DNA of 63,646 nt, filler included, from Reticulomyxa filosa (GCA_000512085.1; 20 parts of 20 records of this genome joined end to end with filler, not necessarily neighbours in it), one strand, 5' to 3'; shown: positions 40,390 to 53,830, counted from the first letter of the whole stretch. The notes: generated by a model from the letters alone, not told the origin. Made by a program: numbers and translations.

Positions 40390-41370
40390 GATTACATTCA
40401 AAGCCGAGGTCGATTGCACGAGTTGGAAACAAAAAACATCATTCGCAAGTTGGTGGAAGTTGTCGGACAATTACATAAGCGCGGCATTGTCCACAGGCAA
40501 GTTTGCTGTTTGTCTGTTAATCTGTTTGTTTCGAGAGTATCAAAAACAAAAAACGACACGAATGATAAGACGAGCTGATTGAAAAAATGTACCTACAATT
40601 TTGGGGGTTTTAAAAAAAAAGGGACATCAAACCCGAAAATGTGATGCTGACAAGCGGGGGCAATAGTCACATCAAACTGATTGACTTTGGAGACGCTTTG
40701 TCAGGTGTACAAGATAAAAAAAATATTGTGGACTAGTCGGAACTGCTTTTTATTTGTCCCCTGAACGTTGGCGTAAACGTCAAACTGGTTGGCAATTGAA
40801 AGCCAGTGATATATGGGTAAATAAAAAAGAATTTTTCCTCCTTCAAACACATTTCCCTCTTTTTTGCCCTCTTTGTCCCCCTTTTTTTTTTCTGATCTTT
40901 CCCTTCCCTTTGGCCCTCTTGTGTCTCCTTGCATTATGTATACGTGTGTAATATTTGTACGTATTTTTTTAAAATTTTTATTCAAATGCACTGCAAAGGC
41001 GATTGGCATACTAACTTATGAGATGGTGTATGGCCAACGCGTGTTTCATGGGTCGATGGAAGATACGGTAACGTTGAGGACATCGATTTTGAAGAATGAA
41101 TGGAAGTTTCCCGAAGAAGGCTTGGAAAGGGGTCACGCTCGGCAAGTGTCGCCGATTTGCAAACACTTTATTCAATCTTTATTGGCGTTTGATCCGAGTC
41201 ATAGGCCATCGGCACAGCTGGTGTTGTTTCATCCCTGGCTCGCCCCAGCCAATTCCTCAGTCAAAGAGTGGGTGACAAAGTGGAATGAATACACAAACGA
41301 GGACACGCCTTGTTGGGCTACGTACGAACCTTGCGGTCATACTGAAGGATGCAACATGCATAAGCAATAA
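40390..41370 (+). CDS. Ser/Thr protein kinase (CAMK-like), C-lobe
   Basis: HKRGIVHR|DIKPENVML...KLIDFG, SDIW|AIGILTYEM, DPSHRPSA...HPWL. Confidence 0.9.
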
Positions 41371-42695
41371 ATTTTTAGACATGTGTTTTGCCTTTTTTTC
41401 TTTTGATGTTTTTTTCTTCGGTTTGGTTTGTTTNNNNNNNNNNNNNNNNNNNNNNNNNNNNNNNNNNNNNNNNNNNNTTAATTAATTAANNNNNNNNNNN
41501 NNNNNNNNNNNNNNNNNNNNNNNNNNNNNNNNNAAAAAATCAACAATTCAAAAAATTAAATATAATATGTGTAATTAACAAAAAAAATTGTATTTTAGTA
41601 GAATTATAACATATCAAATTCAAAAGCATGCTTAGTGCAAAAAATAAATCAATCTAAGTCTATGTTTAACTTATATCAATCAAAAAACTTTTAGTATTAA
41701 ATAAAGTAGTTCATGTGAAGCAGTTTTGAATAGAAACACACTAAAAAAAAATGAGATGATAAAAAAAACGAAAAAAGTAAAACTTTCCATCAGTAGGCAC
41801 ATAAAGTTTTATTTTTTTCGGTTTTTTCATTGTTTCATTTTTTTAAATTTTTTGTTTGTAAGTATATTTTGTTGCTTTGAAGTATTGTTTATGTTATATT
41901 ATGTTTATTTTTTATGTGCTTAACAAAACGAATTAATTTGAAGAAAAAATATCGAAAGACCTTTTTTTATACATGCCGAAACATAAAACAGTGCTTTTCA
42001 AAAATTAAAATTAAAATTTGATCCAACAGTCTTGTCTTGAAGAATAATGCAAATTTTTGATTATGAATGTTATTAGACACAATTACTTTTTTCAATTCGA
42101 CAGTATCAATAACACTTGAAAAAAACTATACTTTTTATTAAACTTCAAAAAAAGTCATATAAAATATAGTGTTTTCGAGTTTTATTATTATGTAATGTTC
42201 AGACAATGGCTTGTCAATAAAAAAGATTATCCTTTGTTCATATTATTGCGTTATCTGATATTTGCCATTGAAAACAAAAAATCTTTCTTTTGTGGCATTT
42301 TTTATCATTACTATGCACACTATTCGCGCTATTTTAAATTTGAGCCTCAATTCTTGAATGTTCTAGCACATGTCGTTGATCGAGTATTTCAAAGTAAAAA
42401 AGTAAATAACTTAATTGCTTTTTTAATATAAAAAACAAAAAAAAATTGCATCAAAAATCATTTCACTTTTGCATTGCAAACTGTAATAATAAGCTGATAT
42501 TAAATTGTATTCGTCGTAGAAGAATTTTGATTACAGATTCGGATTCCCACGATCTCTAGTATATATNNNNNNNNNNNNNNNNNNNNNNNNNNNNNNNNNN
42601 NNNNNNNNNNTTAATTAATTAANNNNNNNNNNNNNNNNNNNNNNNNNNNNNNNNNNNNNNNNNNNNAAAAAAATTGTGTATACGTATTTTATGGC

Positions 42696-43168
42696 TTGGT
42701 AAGAGCCCAGTCTACGTCTTCTCCTCAATGCTCATCATTGCTGACAGAAACAACATACTCAAATGGACAAAGCGCAACCACAAACACTGAACTTCAAAAT
42801 CGTGTTTTAGTTAACGTTGCTGTTCTTCTTCTTCATCATTTGTTTTATCTTTTTTTTTTTTTTTTTTTCTGCTGTATATTGTATTGAAATTGTTTCGGGT
42901 AATCGGTTGTGTTCTCTATTGCATTACCAAAAATTTCATGAACAAATAAACAAGTTGCTCCAAGTGATTTTCGCTCCAAACCACGTTCAAAGTACTGCAG
43001 ACATGCAAGCCGGTTGTTCCGCGACGTATCAAATGCATCAAAATCGTCAACAGCAAGAAGAGCACTTGAACCAAAGAAAGGCCACCAGCAACAGTCTAAA
43101 AACGCAAGAGCAAACTGGACGTAGCCATTACCTACTGAACGCAAAAACAGAAGTCTCGGGGGTACAGC

Positions 43169-43208
<40 letters not shown>

Positions 43209-43765
43209 GCAACAACAACAATATTATCAACATATGATGCTCAACTTTGGTACCGAAGCAGGGTCAAACATAGTGACGAAACCATCAAATGCCCTCTTAT
43301 CTTCATCGCGTGTTGTGCCATCCTATCCACAAGCATCGGCTTTATCGACGTCGCTTTCGCCGGCGACCTCTCCCCTTTCCAATGCGGACAATGGCTGGGG
43401 TCACCAGCAGGTCCCACAACAGCAGCGACAGCAAGTGCTGTTTGTTCATCCCAGCTACGTACACTCTCGAACCGGTGAGTTGACAGCGTCGACGTCATTG
43501 TCATTGTCATTATCATCATCGTCGTCGTTGTCGTCGTCGTCCTCTTCCTCCTCCTCCTCACCCCCGTCATTGCCGTCGTCATCGTTGCTATCAAGCACAC
43601 CCACCCTTGTGTTCGCCAATAGCATCCTGAAACAAAAAGAAAGTCCAGTTGTATTCGAGCAGTACAGTCAGCCTACCAAACCTTTGATGGATGTTCGTAT
43701 GGCCCATACTACAAAAGAAGAAGAAGGAGGAGGAAACTGTTGGAACACGACGGATCCATGGAATA

Positions 43766-43800
<35 letters not shown>

Positions 43801-44394
43801 ACAACAACTGCAACCAATCAATCGATACTACATCCCACTTGGCATGATCCCAAAGCAATACATTACGTAACCACAGCCACGCAAACCAACGGATCCTTTT
43901 CAAACTATGCCATCTTGATCACGCCACAATCGCGGCCAAAGGGGATAAAGGACACTCATTTTGTCCAGTCATCGAATTCATTTGGTCCATCCGTCACATC
44001 TCAGCAACAGCCTCACACACCAAACACGAACTGGACGGAAAGTGGTGATATGTTCAATGCAAAGCAAGGCGTCGCCAATAATAAACAAACACCGTCTCAC
44101 AGCAAGGGTTATCATCATCCTCATCATCATCGTCATCACTATCACCACCAGCAGCAGCAGCAGCAGCAGCAACTTCGCGCCAAAAACGGCACATACAACA
44201 TATGGGCCAACGATGAATCTACTCAAATTGGTGTGTTACCAAAAAACTTTTCCAATACAACTTTGCTGACAAATCATTCCGAAGTGTCTCCATCCACGTT
44301 TCAAAGCCAATTGAAACGCTCTCACCCTGCTGTCAGTAGTAGTAGTAACCTCGCGAACATGAACTCATGTTTCCCTCGAATCATTCGTCAGTGA
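42696..44394 (+). CDS. Q/S/T/H-rich low-complexity protein (partial)
   Basis: 525-codon ORF with poly-Q, poly-S and poly-H tracts. Confidence 0.55.
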
Positions 44395-44414
44395 TCGTCT
44401 TTCGATCCCCCCAA

Positions 44415-44448
<34 letters not shown>

Positions 44449-44753
44449 TAAAATTTAGAGCCAATAATCAAAATAAAAAAATAAACGTAAAAAAAAAAAA
44501 AAAAAAAAAAAAAAATGAGAGGAGAAAAATAAAAATAAAAAACGGTATACATTGTATCTATATATGTATACGTAGGNNNNNNNNNNNNNNNNNNNNNNNN
44601 NNNNNNNNNNNNNNNNNNNNTTAATTAATTAANNNNNNNNNNNNNNNNNNNNNNNNNNNNNNNNNNNNNNNNNNNNAAAAAAAAAAAAAAGAAAGCAACA
44701 AATAAACGAAGAGAAAAATAAATGACTTAATGCATGACAACACATGGAAAGAT

Positions 44754-46381
44754 TCATTGCATCAAGTCAGTACTAATGCTGATATGATTATTACTTCGTG
44801 CAAGGACTAAGGCCGTTTCTCCCATCTATAAAACATCAAGCAAACGCAAATGAGAGAGAGAGAGGTCATGAAATGTTCACAAAAATAGTTTCAGATACTC
44901 AACATTGTTCATAATTCCTTTGTTTGATTTATTTTTCAACAATTGCACAATATCTTTATAACCATACTTGGCCGCGTACATCAACGCAGTGTATCCTTCC
45001 TAAAGTGTTGGACAGTAAGATTGAGTGTGCAATTGACACAAATATATTCAAATATAAATATAAACATGTATGTGGTGTATTCATGTTTATTTATAATTGC
45101 AAGTGCACTCAACTTCATTTTGATGATTAACGTCAATCCCATGATTCACCAAACATTGAGCAGTGTCCGTAAATCCATTGATAACAGCCAAAAGTAATGC
45201 ATTGTCACCAGAGTTCGTGACAGCTCTCAAATTGGCTTTGTGGGAGATTAAGAGCTCCATCACTTGCGTGCGACCATAATAAGCGGCAAAATGGAGTGCG
45301 GTTTTTGAATCAAATTTTGGCGCGGTGAGTTCCAAATTGCAGTGATATTCAAGTAACGTTTGCACTAAAGATACTTCACCTGTGATACAAGCAAACATCA
45401 GCGCAGTCATACCTTCTTTGTTTTGCAAATCAGCATTGCATCCGCCTTTCAACATGTTGGCCACAACGGCCAAAGTGTCTACCGAAATCTCGTTTGCGTC
45501 TTCACCCAATATCAGGTGTTTGTTCTCATCTCGTCTGCATGTGCAAGCTATCATGAGTCCGCTGTCTCCATTTTCGTCTTGATAGTTCATATAAGATGCA
45601 GCCTCTTCGTTGACGACCAATTGCATCACACTTCGATTTTTTGCTTTGGTAGCTTTATTTATTTATTTATTTTTATTTTTTATTTTTTGTGTGGAATGGT
45701 TAAAAAAAAATGTTTGAATAAAAAGCGTGTACAAAACATAATATTATATACATATATGTATATAATATTATGTTTTGTAGTGTGCGTGAAAAACATGCAT
45801 CCAACCTAATCTTTCAGCATGCATGCGCAAACGTTGTTCAATGTCATCGATTTTTTCTTGCTGGGGCTGCTCATTGTCAGCATCTTGCTGTCGTGTGCGA
45901 TCCAATTCGCGATAGGCCTTAATTTCGGCAAGGTTTTCCTTGGCAAGTTCAAACCACTCGGAATCGGATTTGGCGAAATCTTGGATGGACACACCAGCGC
46001 AAAATTCAAACTCGCTTTCTTGCAGTGATAAGTCATTCAAAATCTGCGAAGCAATTTCTCGCAGCCGTACATCTTTGCATTCTAAGAAGTACTCCTGTTT
46101 GTCTTCCTCTGTCAAAATCTGTTGGGACTCCAACTCGTTGATCGTGATGGTCACATCCACGGGCGTGATCACGACAAATTGGCCATCGCCCATGTAGTCC
46201 ACGTATTGCGTTTGCATCCCAAGTGTCTCGTCAACCATCTTTTCAATGATTTCGACTAGCGTAGCTTCGTCAATCGTCGAAAATTTGACAATGTCTACAA
46301 AGCCATCCAGTTCGATCAATATCATTCCCCAGCTGATCATTTGAATAACTCCTGCACTGGGATCGGGTTCATCGTTTGGCA
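44754..46381 (-). CDS. Degenerate GGDEF-like domain fused to ankyrin repeats (5' end missing)
   Basis: Exon 46381-45806: MILIELDGF...VDYMGDGQFVVITP...IASQIL...FCAGVS...FELAKENLAEIK. Phase-1 GT-AG intron 45805-45653 joins it in frame to ankyrin exons (GMTALMFAC, KTALHFAA, GYTALMYAA, GETALVLA). Stop at 44754. Confidence 0.7.
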
Positions 46382-46817
46382 CTGATATATAACAAGTGAT
46401 GGTTTATTTGCAAAAAAAAAACAAAAACAAATAATAAAGAGAAACTTGTTTATATACATATACNNNNNNNNNNNNNNNNNNNNNNNNNNNNNNNNNNNNN
46501 NNNNNNNTTAATTAATTAANNNNNNNNNNNNNNNNNNNNNNNNNNNNNNNNNNNNNNNNNNNNTTTTTTTTTTTTTTTTTTGAGGGCAAAAAAAAACTTT
46601 TTAATTGATCATTCTGCTTTAAACAATTTTGGATGTTATTTATTGGTTAATTTTTCCCAGTTGTATCGTTTTTTTCCTCCCTCTATCTGGTGCATCATTT
46701 TCTCATGAAAGCTCATCCACCCTTGGTTTTTTCACCAAAATATTATAAGCATCCACTCATTTGATCTTACCAAAAAAAATATTCAAGACGATTTGCAAAA
46801 AAAAAAAAAAAAAAACA

Positions 46818-48053
46818 GGTTCAATTCAAGAGCAAAAAAAACTTTGCTCCGAGGGACGAATGAAGAAACAATCATACCAAGAGCAAATTAAGACACAATT
46901 ACCCGCATCACTTTGCTATCCACAATGTGTGGTATTCAATGACGAGATTCTGATCTGTGGAGCATACGGTCAACCAAAATGCTACTCCTTTCACGTAAAA
47001 CAGAGTACATACAAGGAAATCTGTTCATACCCATCAAATGTTGGACTATTGGGTCACTCTGTAGTTGAATGCAATGATGAAAGTAGCGACAACGACGAGA
47101 AAATGACGACATTGTTGTCATTTGGTGGAGAAGACAAGCATACCTTTGTAATGAAATATAAGAGTGTGTGGGACGAAAAGGAGCCAGTCAAAGATATGAA
47201 TAGATGGAGTCGAGTGAAGAACAGAGTTGTATTTGGATTTAATCGAAATGAAAGAGATGATAACTTGTGCGGAGCACGTGGACTAATAAGTGGATATAAC
47301 AAAAACTTGTTATTTGTGGTCTATCCGCCAAACGAAATTGATGTGATAGATTTGTCATCATATGAATACGTGCCAAATGTATCCAATAAAAAAATTCCAC
47401 AAATGATCAAATCAAAAAGAATTGAGTTTTCATCCTTTGTGCCAATGACAAAATATGGCAAACAAATCACCAACGAATTTATTTTGACATGTGAAGAATT
47501 GAACATTTGGATCAAATACGACGAAATGGAAAAAACATTTTTGTACAAATTTTTGCCGACTTTCTGTTTGGGCGTACCTTTGTCTTTTTGTGGTTATACC
47601 TATATCTATGATCACATTTTGTTGTTTGGAGGGCTTAATCACAATGCCAGCCAACGTAGCAACTCTATTTCTGCCTATGACATGAAAAATCAACAATGGT
47701 CAAATGTCTCGGTTCTAATTCCCCAATCCATTAGCAGTTGTGCTGTTGTAATCTCTCCAGCTGATTATAGCTTGCACATCATTGGAGGAAGAACCTACGC
47801 TTCTGAACTCAATTCTCATTACATTATCCCGATCGACAAAATAATCCAAAAAAATGTTAATGTATCCTTTTTTGCGTTTGTTATTGTTTGGTTACTCCTT
47901 TCAATTTTATTTGACTTTTGGTTTGTTGTTTGTTTGCAGTGGACAATTGCAGAAATTCGGATTATCACAGGTTATTGGCAACACAAGTGCCAATTTCATA
48001 GATTGGGATGGATTTATGACTTTGAGAAAATTATCTTATTATTTTTAAAGTAA
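46818..48053 (+). CDS. Kelch-repeat beta-propeller protein
   Basis: EILICG, TLLSFGG, ILLFGG...YD...W and LHIIGG repeats. Confidence 0.85.
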   Translation, partial: GSIQEQKKLCSEGRMKKQSYQEQIKTQLPASLCYPQCVVFNDEILICGAYGQPKCYSFHVKQSTYKEICSYPSNVGLLGHSVVECNDESSDNDEKMTTLLSFGGEDKHTFVMKYKSVWDEKEPVKDMNRWSRVKNRVVFGFNRNERDDNLCGARGLISGYNKNLLFVVYPPNEIDVIDLSSYEYVPNVSNKKIPQMIKSKRIEFSSFVPMTKYGKQITNEFILTCEELNIWIKYDEMEKTFLYKFLPTFCLGVPLSFCGYTYIYDHILLFGGLNHNASQRSNSISAYDMKNQQWSNVSVLIPQSISSCAVVISPADYSLHIIGGRTYASELNSHYIIPIDKIIQKNVNVSFFAFVIVWLLLSILFDFWFVVCLQWTIAEIRIITGYWQHKCQFHRLGWIYDFEKIILLFLK

Positions 48054-48426
48054 ACAAAAAAGTCCTTCGTTTGATTTGCTTCATGTACATGTGTTTGTTT
48101 TTTTTTTTTTTGCAACTTTCAAATGGTTGTATCTTCATCGCATTATCACCTTAAAGGCATTTTCTCAAATGTATTACAAAGAAACTTGAACAACAGACTC
48201 CAAACATTGGTTTTCAATATTGTATAGAGTGCTTTTTCCAATTTTTTCTATCGATCTACTTTTTTTTTTTTTAACATATGTGAGATTCACCAAAAAAGAT
48301 AATGCACAGCTTAGTAATGAATTAATGCAGTAACAAAGTGATTTTATTTATAAAAAAAAAAGTGAAAGCAGTACCAAAAAAAAAAAAAAAAAAAGTTTAT
48401 AAAAATGAAATACGGTATACGTAATA

Positions 48427-49660
48427 CTACTGCTTAGAGTCAAACCAAATTTCGACAGAAGTCGTATCTTGACTTTCGATACAATACCACTCACCGCACT
48501 TTGTGGATCGAAGCTCGGTCCGAATTTTGCGCAACATTTGATCCAAAGAAAGTGTTTTGTACATGGCAACGATGGTACTTTTCAAGAGAGAGCTAAACAA
48601 AGACAAGTCACTGACAATGTGACCTTTGGTGGTGGACCAAATGGTGAAGAAGTCATCATCTCTGTGTGCGTTTAATGGGACTTGTGTAAATCCCCGAATG
48701 GGAGCGGTAGTAGATTGAACTTGGCACTTGGGTATGTTTTTCCCTCGACAAACGTCAACAAAGAAAATTTTGGGACAGCCTTTAAGCGAAGGCATTTCTT
48801 CACCATCGAATTTGGATCGAATTTTGTCAATAGACACTTGTTTCCCATCACTGGTAACAAACATGTTATTGTCATCTCCATGTCCACATATGATCATTAT
48901 CAACGCGTCATAGTTGTTTGTGTTTCTACGTAGTTTGTGATTGACGATAATATTGTCAATGAATTCATGGACGTCACTTTGAGTCATTTGTGATGATTTG
49001 TTACATATGTAATCATATCGCAATTCATCTTGGAAGATTTGTTTGAAATTGACCATACCCTTTTTTGGACACTGGACAGATTTTCCCATGAAGTATCTGA
49101 ATTGTATTCACTAATTCCAATCATAATGACCAAGGCATTTTGAATGACTTTGAGAGGCAACTTATTGTCGCGGTTCTTCCAATGCGCAAAAAACAGAGTC
49201 TCCTTCTTTTGATGCGCAAAAGCATGTTTGATCTGTTCGTCCGATGCAATCAACGTACGGTCACTACTGTCAAACACTTGAATTCCCAAATTCATTTTTT
49301 TGCACCTTCAAAGTACTTTGACCCTAATGCACGCTCGATCTCGTGATGCAGCTCCAACAGCGTCAAATCCTTCATCTTTATCGTTTCTTTTTCCCGTTAA
49401 TCGACACCAAGGCCGTCCGCACGTCCGCCGCTTTGCTCTCTTCCAACGTATTCGTGGCTGTAGTAGTCGCAGAGGAAGCGCTGTTTCGCGACTGGTGCAC
49501 AGAATCGGTGGAAGAAGAGGAGGCATTGAACGTAAGGAAGTACTCGATCACCAAACGCAAAGGGTCAAATTCATTGTCCGTTTGAATTTGAATATTCCAT
49601 TTGTTTTGGATCCATTGCTTGAAATTCTTCGTTGACAATGTTTTGTATTTGTCCGTAATT
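48427..49660 (-). CDS. Caspase-like peptidase C14 (three homopolymer frameshifts)
   Basis: NALVIMIGISEY; YDALIMIICGHG (catalytic His); SLKGCPKIFFVDVCRG (catalytic Cys). Confidence 0.85.
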
Positions 49661-49852
49661 TCTTGTTTTTCATTGTTGTTTCTTTCATTCCACCATTTCA
49701 GCCACTTTTCATTATTAAAAGTTTTATTATTATCATTATTATTATTATTATTNNNNNNNNNNNNNNNNNNNNNNNNNNNNNNNNNNNNNNNNNNNNTTAA
49801 TTAATTAANNNNNNNNNNNNNNNNNNNNNNNNNNNNNNNNNNNNNNNNNNNN

Positions 49853-49886
<34 letters not shown>

Positions 49887-49889
49887 TTA

Positions 49890-50895
49890 ATAATATAAAG
49901 GCAGCATATTTGCTCGCGAAAAGTGGATGGATTGGATTCAACAAAGATAAAACATCCACCACAAATGCCGTCAATGGCACCCACGTATCCTCCTCGTCCA
50001 CGTTTTCCACAGCGTTTGAACGGATGAAGAAGGCTGTATTCAAGAATTACTCTACTTCCGAAAGTGAGGATCTTTTAAACGAGCCGCCCGTCATTTGTGT
50101 CACACCGGAAAACTTGTCCCAATTTGTCGGGCCAAGAAGATTCACCTCCGATCGTACATACGAGGACGACAACACCACGCCTCCTGGAGTTGTCACTGGC
50201 TTGGCATACAACAATTATGGTGGATCTACCAATGTTTTGAATTTTATTTATTTTCTCTTTATATAACAATTTATATATATATATATATGTACACATACAC
50301 ACATATACTTAAAAAAAAAAAACAGTACATCGAAACAGTAATCTATCGTCACGAACAAGGCAAAGGAGGATCTTTAAAATGCACCGGCCAATTGGGCAAA
50401 GTAATGAGTGAGTCGGTAGATATTGCATACGTGTTGGCGCGCTCAACACTTTACGAAGTCGACAAACACAATGAGTTTTTCAATGATCATCACATCCACT
50501 TGCACTCACCTGAAGGGGCGATTAGCAAAGATGGACCGTCAGCAGGCATCACTATCACCACTGCGCTCTTGTCATTGGCTCTCCACAAAAAAATCTCACC
50601 CAATATCGCCATGACAGGCGAAGTCACTCTCACAGGAAAAATTTTGAAAATTGGCGGAATCAAGGAAAAGCTTTTGGCTGCTAAACGTGCCCATATCGAC
50701 ACTTTGATATTCCCCGCTCAAAACAAAGATGAATTCTTTGATGACAAAACCATTCCCGAATATTTAAGGAAAGAATTTAAACAGGTTCATTTTGTTCAAC
50801 ATTACAATGACGTTGTTGACATTTTGTTCCGTAATCACAACGTACACACACACGCACATTCGCTTGATCATTCCATTGCAGCAACCAACGATTGA
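49890..50895 (+). CDS. LONP: Lon protease, C-terminal protease domain
   Basis: PPGVVTGLA, TGQLGKVMSES, IHLHSPEGAISKDGPSAG, AMTGEVTLTGKILKIGGIKEK. Confidence 0.95.
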
Positions 50896-51382
50896 CCTTT
50901 TTTTCTTTGTCGTTGCGTGGGCATTTTCTTTCGGATCTTGGGAGAGAATGCAAGAAGCAAGAGAGCTTACACTCTCCAATATCCCTTGGGACAAGAAGTA
51001 TGCATCAATAATGTGCTATATCAGAAGAATGTTCATGCTCTTTCTATCCTTATTTTCATTTCCAGTGTATTTTGTTGTTGCGATGAACCAACCAGACTAT
51101 TTTTGTTTTTTCCAGCTTTTCTGGCGTTCATTATATCGAAATAAATTTTCAATATTCAAAAAAACAAAACAAAAAAAATTAAAGAATTCATCAAATCGAA
51201 TAAAAAAACACAATTTTAAAAAAATTTGTTGTTTCATTTAAATAATTAAATCTTCATGACCTTGGGATTCAGTCAATGTAAAAAACGAAAGAGTGTACAG
51301 GAGGGAAAGGCAGCGTTTTCCCCCTTGTACTGTGCCAGAAAAAAAAACACAATCTAATAGCCACCTTTGATTATTGTACACC

Positions 51383-52110
51383 ATGTCTTACGATGGTTTT
51401 CAAAGCAATAATGTTCCTTTAGTGATTGACAATGTTGAGTTTGTGTGACTCTTTTGTTAAGTCGTGTGTGTGTGACCTCTTTGTTGACTGTGGTACGTTC
51501 ACCTTGACGAATAGGGAACAGGCACGATAAAAGTAGGTCAAGCAGAGAAGCCATGGCCTCAAGCACAGATTCCAAATATGTTCGCGCGTTACTTTTTTTT
51601 TGTTTTGTGTTGTATTGTTATTATTTGACTTGAAGAGATGAGAAGACAAAAAACTTGGCGTGTACGATGAGAGCAAAACAATATATTTTGTTTGTGTGAC
51701 TGTTTGAAAACGTAGTGTTGGCACCCCTCGACACACAAGAGTGATTTTGTCAGCCGCCAAACGAGTTGAGAACTGACACACTCACAACACGAAACAAAAC
51801 AAAACAAAACAAAACAAATATGGAAGAGATCAAGTTCACAATTGAGTTTTTTGCACCACATAGGAACGTGTAGTCGGAGCCGAGGCATTGGAAAAAAAGG
51901 GATTATTTCGATTGTCACGTCCCATGAAGCATGGTGTCATAGACAACATTCAAGATATGACCGATGTTTGGGAACATATGTACAACCATGTTTTAAACGT
52001 TCCTTCAAAAGAAGTTTCGTGTGTGTGTATTTTTATTATTATTATAATTTTTTTCATTTGAATGCCAAAGCTTCTTTTTTTTATCCTCTCCAAAAAAAAA
52101 AAGTATAAAC

Positions 52111-52141
<31 letters not shown>

Positions 52142-53317
52142 TGATCATATAAAATAATAAAAATATTGATGTATGTTGTATATAACACACAATATACATC
52201 CAACGTATGTAATGTAGTATCCAGTGCTGTTGACGGAAAGTGTAGACAACCCTGTTCGCAATCGCGCGGCAATGGCCAAGACGTTCTTTGAAGCATTTGA
52301 CGCACCGGCCTTATTTTTTGCGCCGCCGCCAGTGTTGGCATTGTACGCTTCCGGACGATTGACCGGCTGTGTGTTGGACAGCGGACATGGAATAACACAA
52401 TGCGTGCCCATTTACGATGGCTTCGCGTTGCCTCATGCCATCACTCGAATGGAAGTGGCCGGTGGAGATGTCGACAAGTACTTTGAGCATTTGATTCGCA
52501 AGCTATCCGCTGTCACCTTTCACACCAGCAGTGAATTGGAGTTGATTCGAGACTTGAAAGAGCAATAGTTGAGCGAGTGCACGAGTGTTTTAATTGTGCA
52601 TTGCTGACGAGGGGAGAGAGGGGGAGGAAAAAAAAAAAAAGGGACCAAAAAAAAAAAAAAAAGATTTTTTAATTGGAATTTAAAAAAAAAAAAAAAAAAA
52701 AAAAGTTGTGAACTAATGGACACAAGAAACAATCGCGCTGCAATCCCAACGGCTTTGACTGGCCGATCGTTGACTCAACGAAACGACGAAGAAAGCAACT
52801 CAATCGAAGTAAAGCTACCTGATGGCAAAATACTAAACTTGGGCAGTGCTCGTTTCCGTGCCCCAGAATTGTTGTTTGATCCGTCTTTGATTGGATTGGA
52901 GTATCGTGGAATCCACTATTGCGTGCTTGACAGTATTGCCAAAGCCGACTTGGAATTGCGAAGAAACTTGTACCAGCAAATTTTATTGAGTGGTGGTTCG
53001 ACAATGACAAAAGAGTTTGGAAAACGTTTGCTTGCTGAATTAAACAAAATTGTGGTTTGAAAAATGCAAAATTCAAAATCTTTGCTCCTGTCAAGAGAGA
53101 GTTATTCTCATTTACTTATTTATTTTTTATTTTCACATCTTTCGATACAGTATCAACATTTGGTTTTTTGAATTTTCTTTTTTTTTACCACAGTTTGACC
53201 GCTTGGGCTGGTGGTTCAGTCTTAGCCATGATCCAAGGATTTCAACAAATGTGGATTACCAGAGCAGAGTACAATGAATCAGGAAATCGCATCTTGTACA
53301 AAAAAAGTTTCTTTTGA
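51383..53317 (+). CDS. ACTR1: Actin-related protein, Arp1/centractin-like (multi-exon)
   Basis: PLVIDN|GTGTIKVG; [18 protein letters not shown]; FHTSSELE (Arp1-type); [14 protein letters not shown]; LSGGST; AWAGGSVLA. Confidence 0.8.
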
Positions 53318-53830
53318 GAGTGAAGAAAAGGGGAACAATTTGAAAGGGATACAGGTGGGTACAGTTTGGTTGTTTATGGTTGAAATATTGCAAAATGTGC
53401 GTTTCTGTGTCACAAAAAAAATGAAACTAAAGCAAACAAAACCATCACTCATCTCTTCCTTCCCCATATTTTGTTTTAATGACGAAACTATTCGTTAATC
53501 GTTGTTCCAGCAAAGCAAATGAAAAAAGAAAAATATTTTGTTGAAAGCATTTCTTATACCATTTTCTCTATTTTTATGGTACCACTACCGAAGATAACAA
53601 AAAGGACAAAATATTGAAAGGTTTTATTTCATTGAATTTCAATAAGTTTCGGCCAACATTGGGTTCGTGTTTAATCATTCATTAATTTGTATCGCCAATA
53701 ACAACTTTAGATAACATTTTCCGAGCAGTTTTGAATAAAAATAAAAAAAAAAGTGTGGTGCATGAAAATTTATATAGGCTAAGGGAGCAGGACAAGAATA
53801 GGGTTTTTGACTACCTGAAATGGTGGTAAC

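Noticed and set aside
49055-49395. Programmed -1 frameshifting in the caspase-like gene (also p23, Arp1, kinase and WD40 genes)
   Set aside because: The shifts I checked are repaired by adding one base to an A or T homopolymer, across unrelated genes. This is typical homopolymer undercalling.
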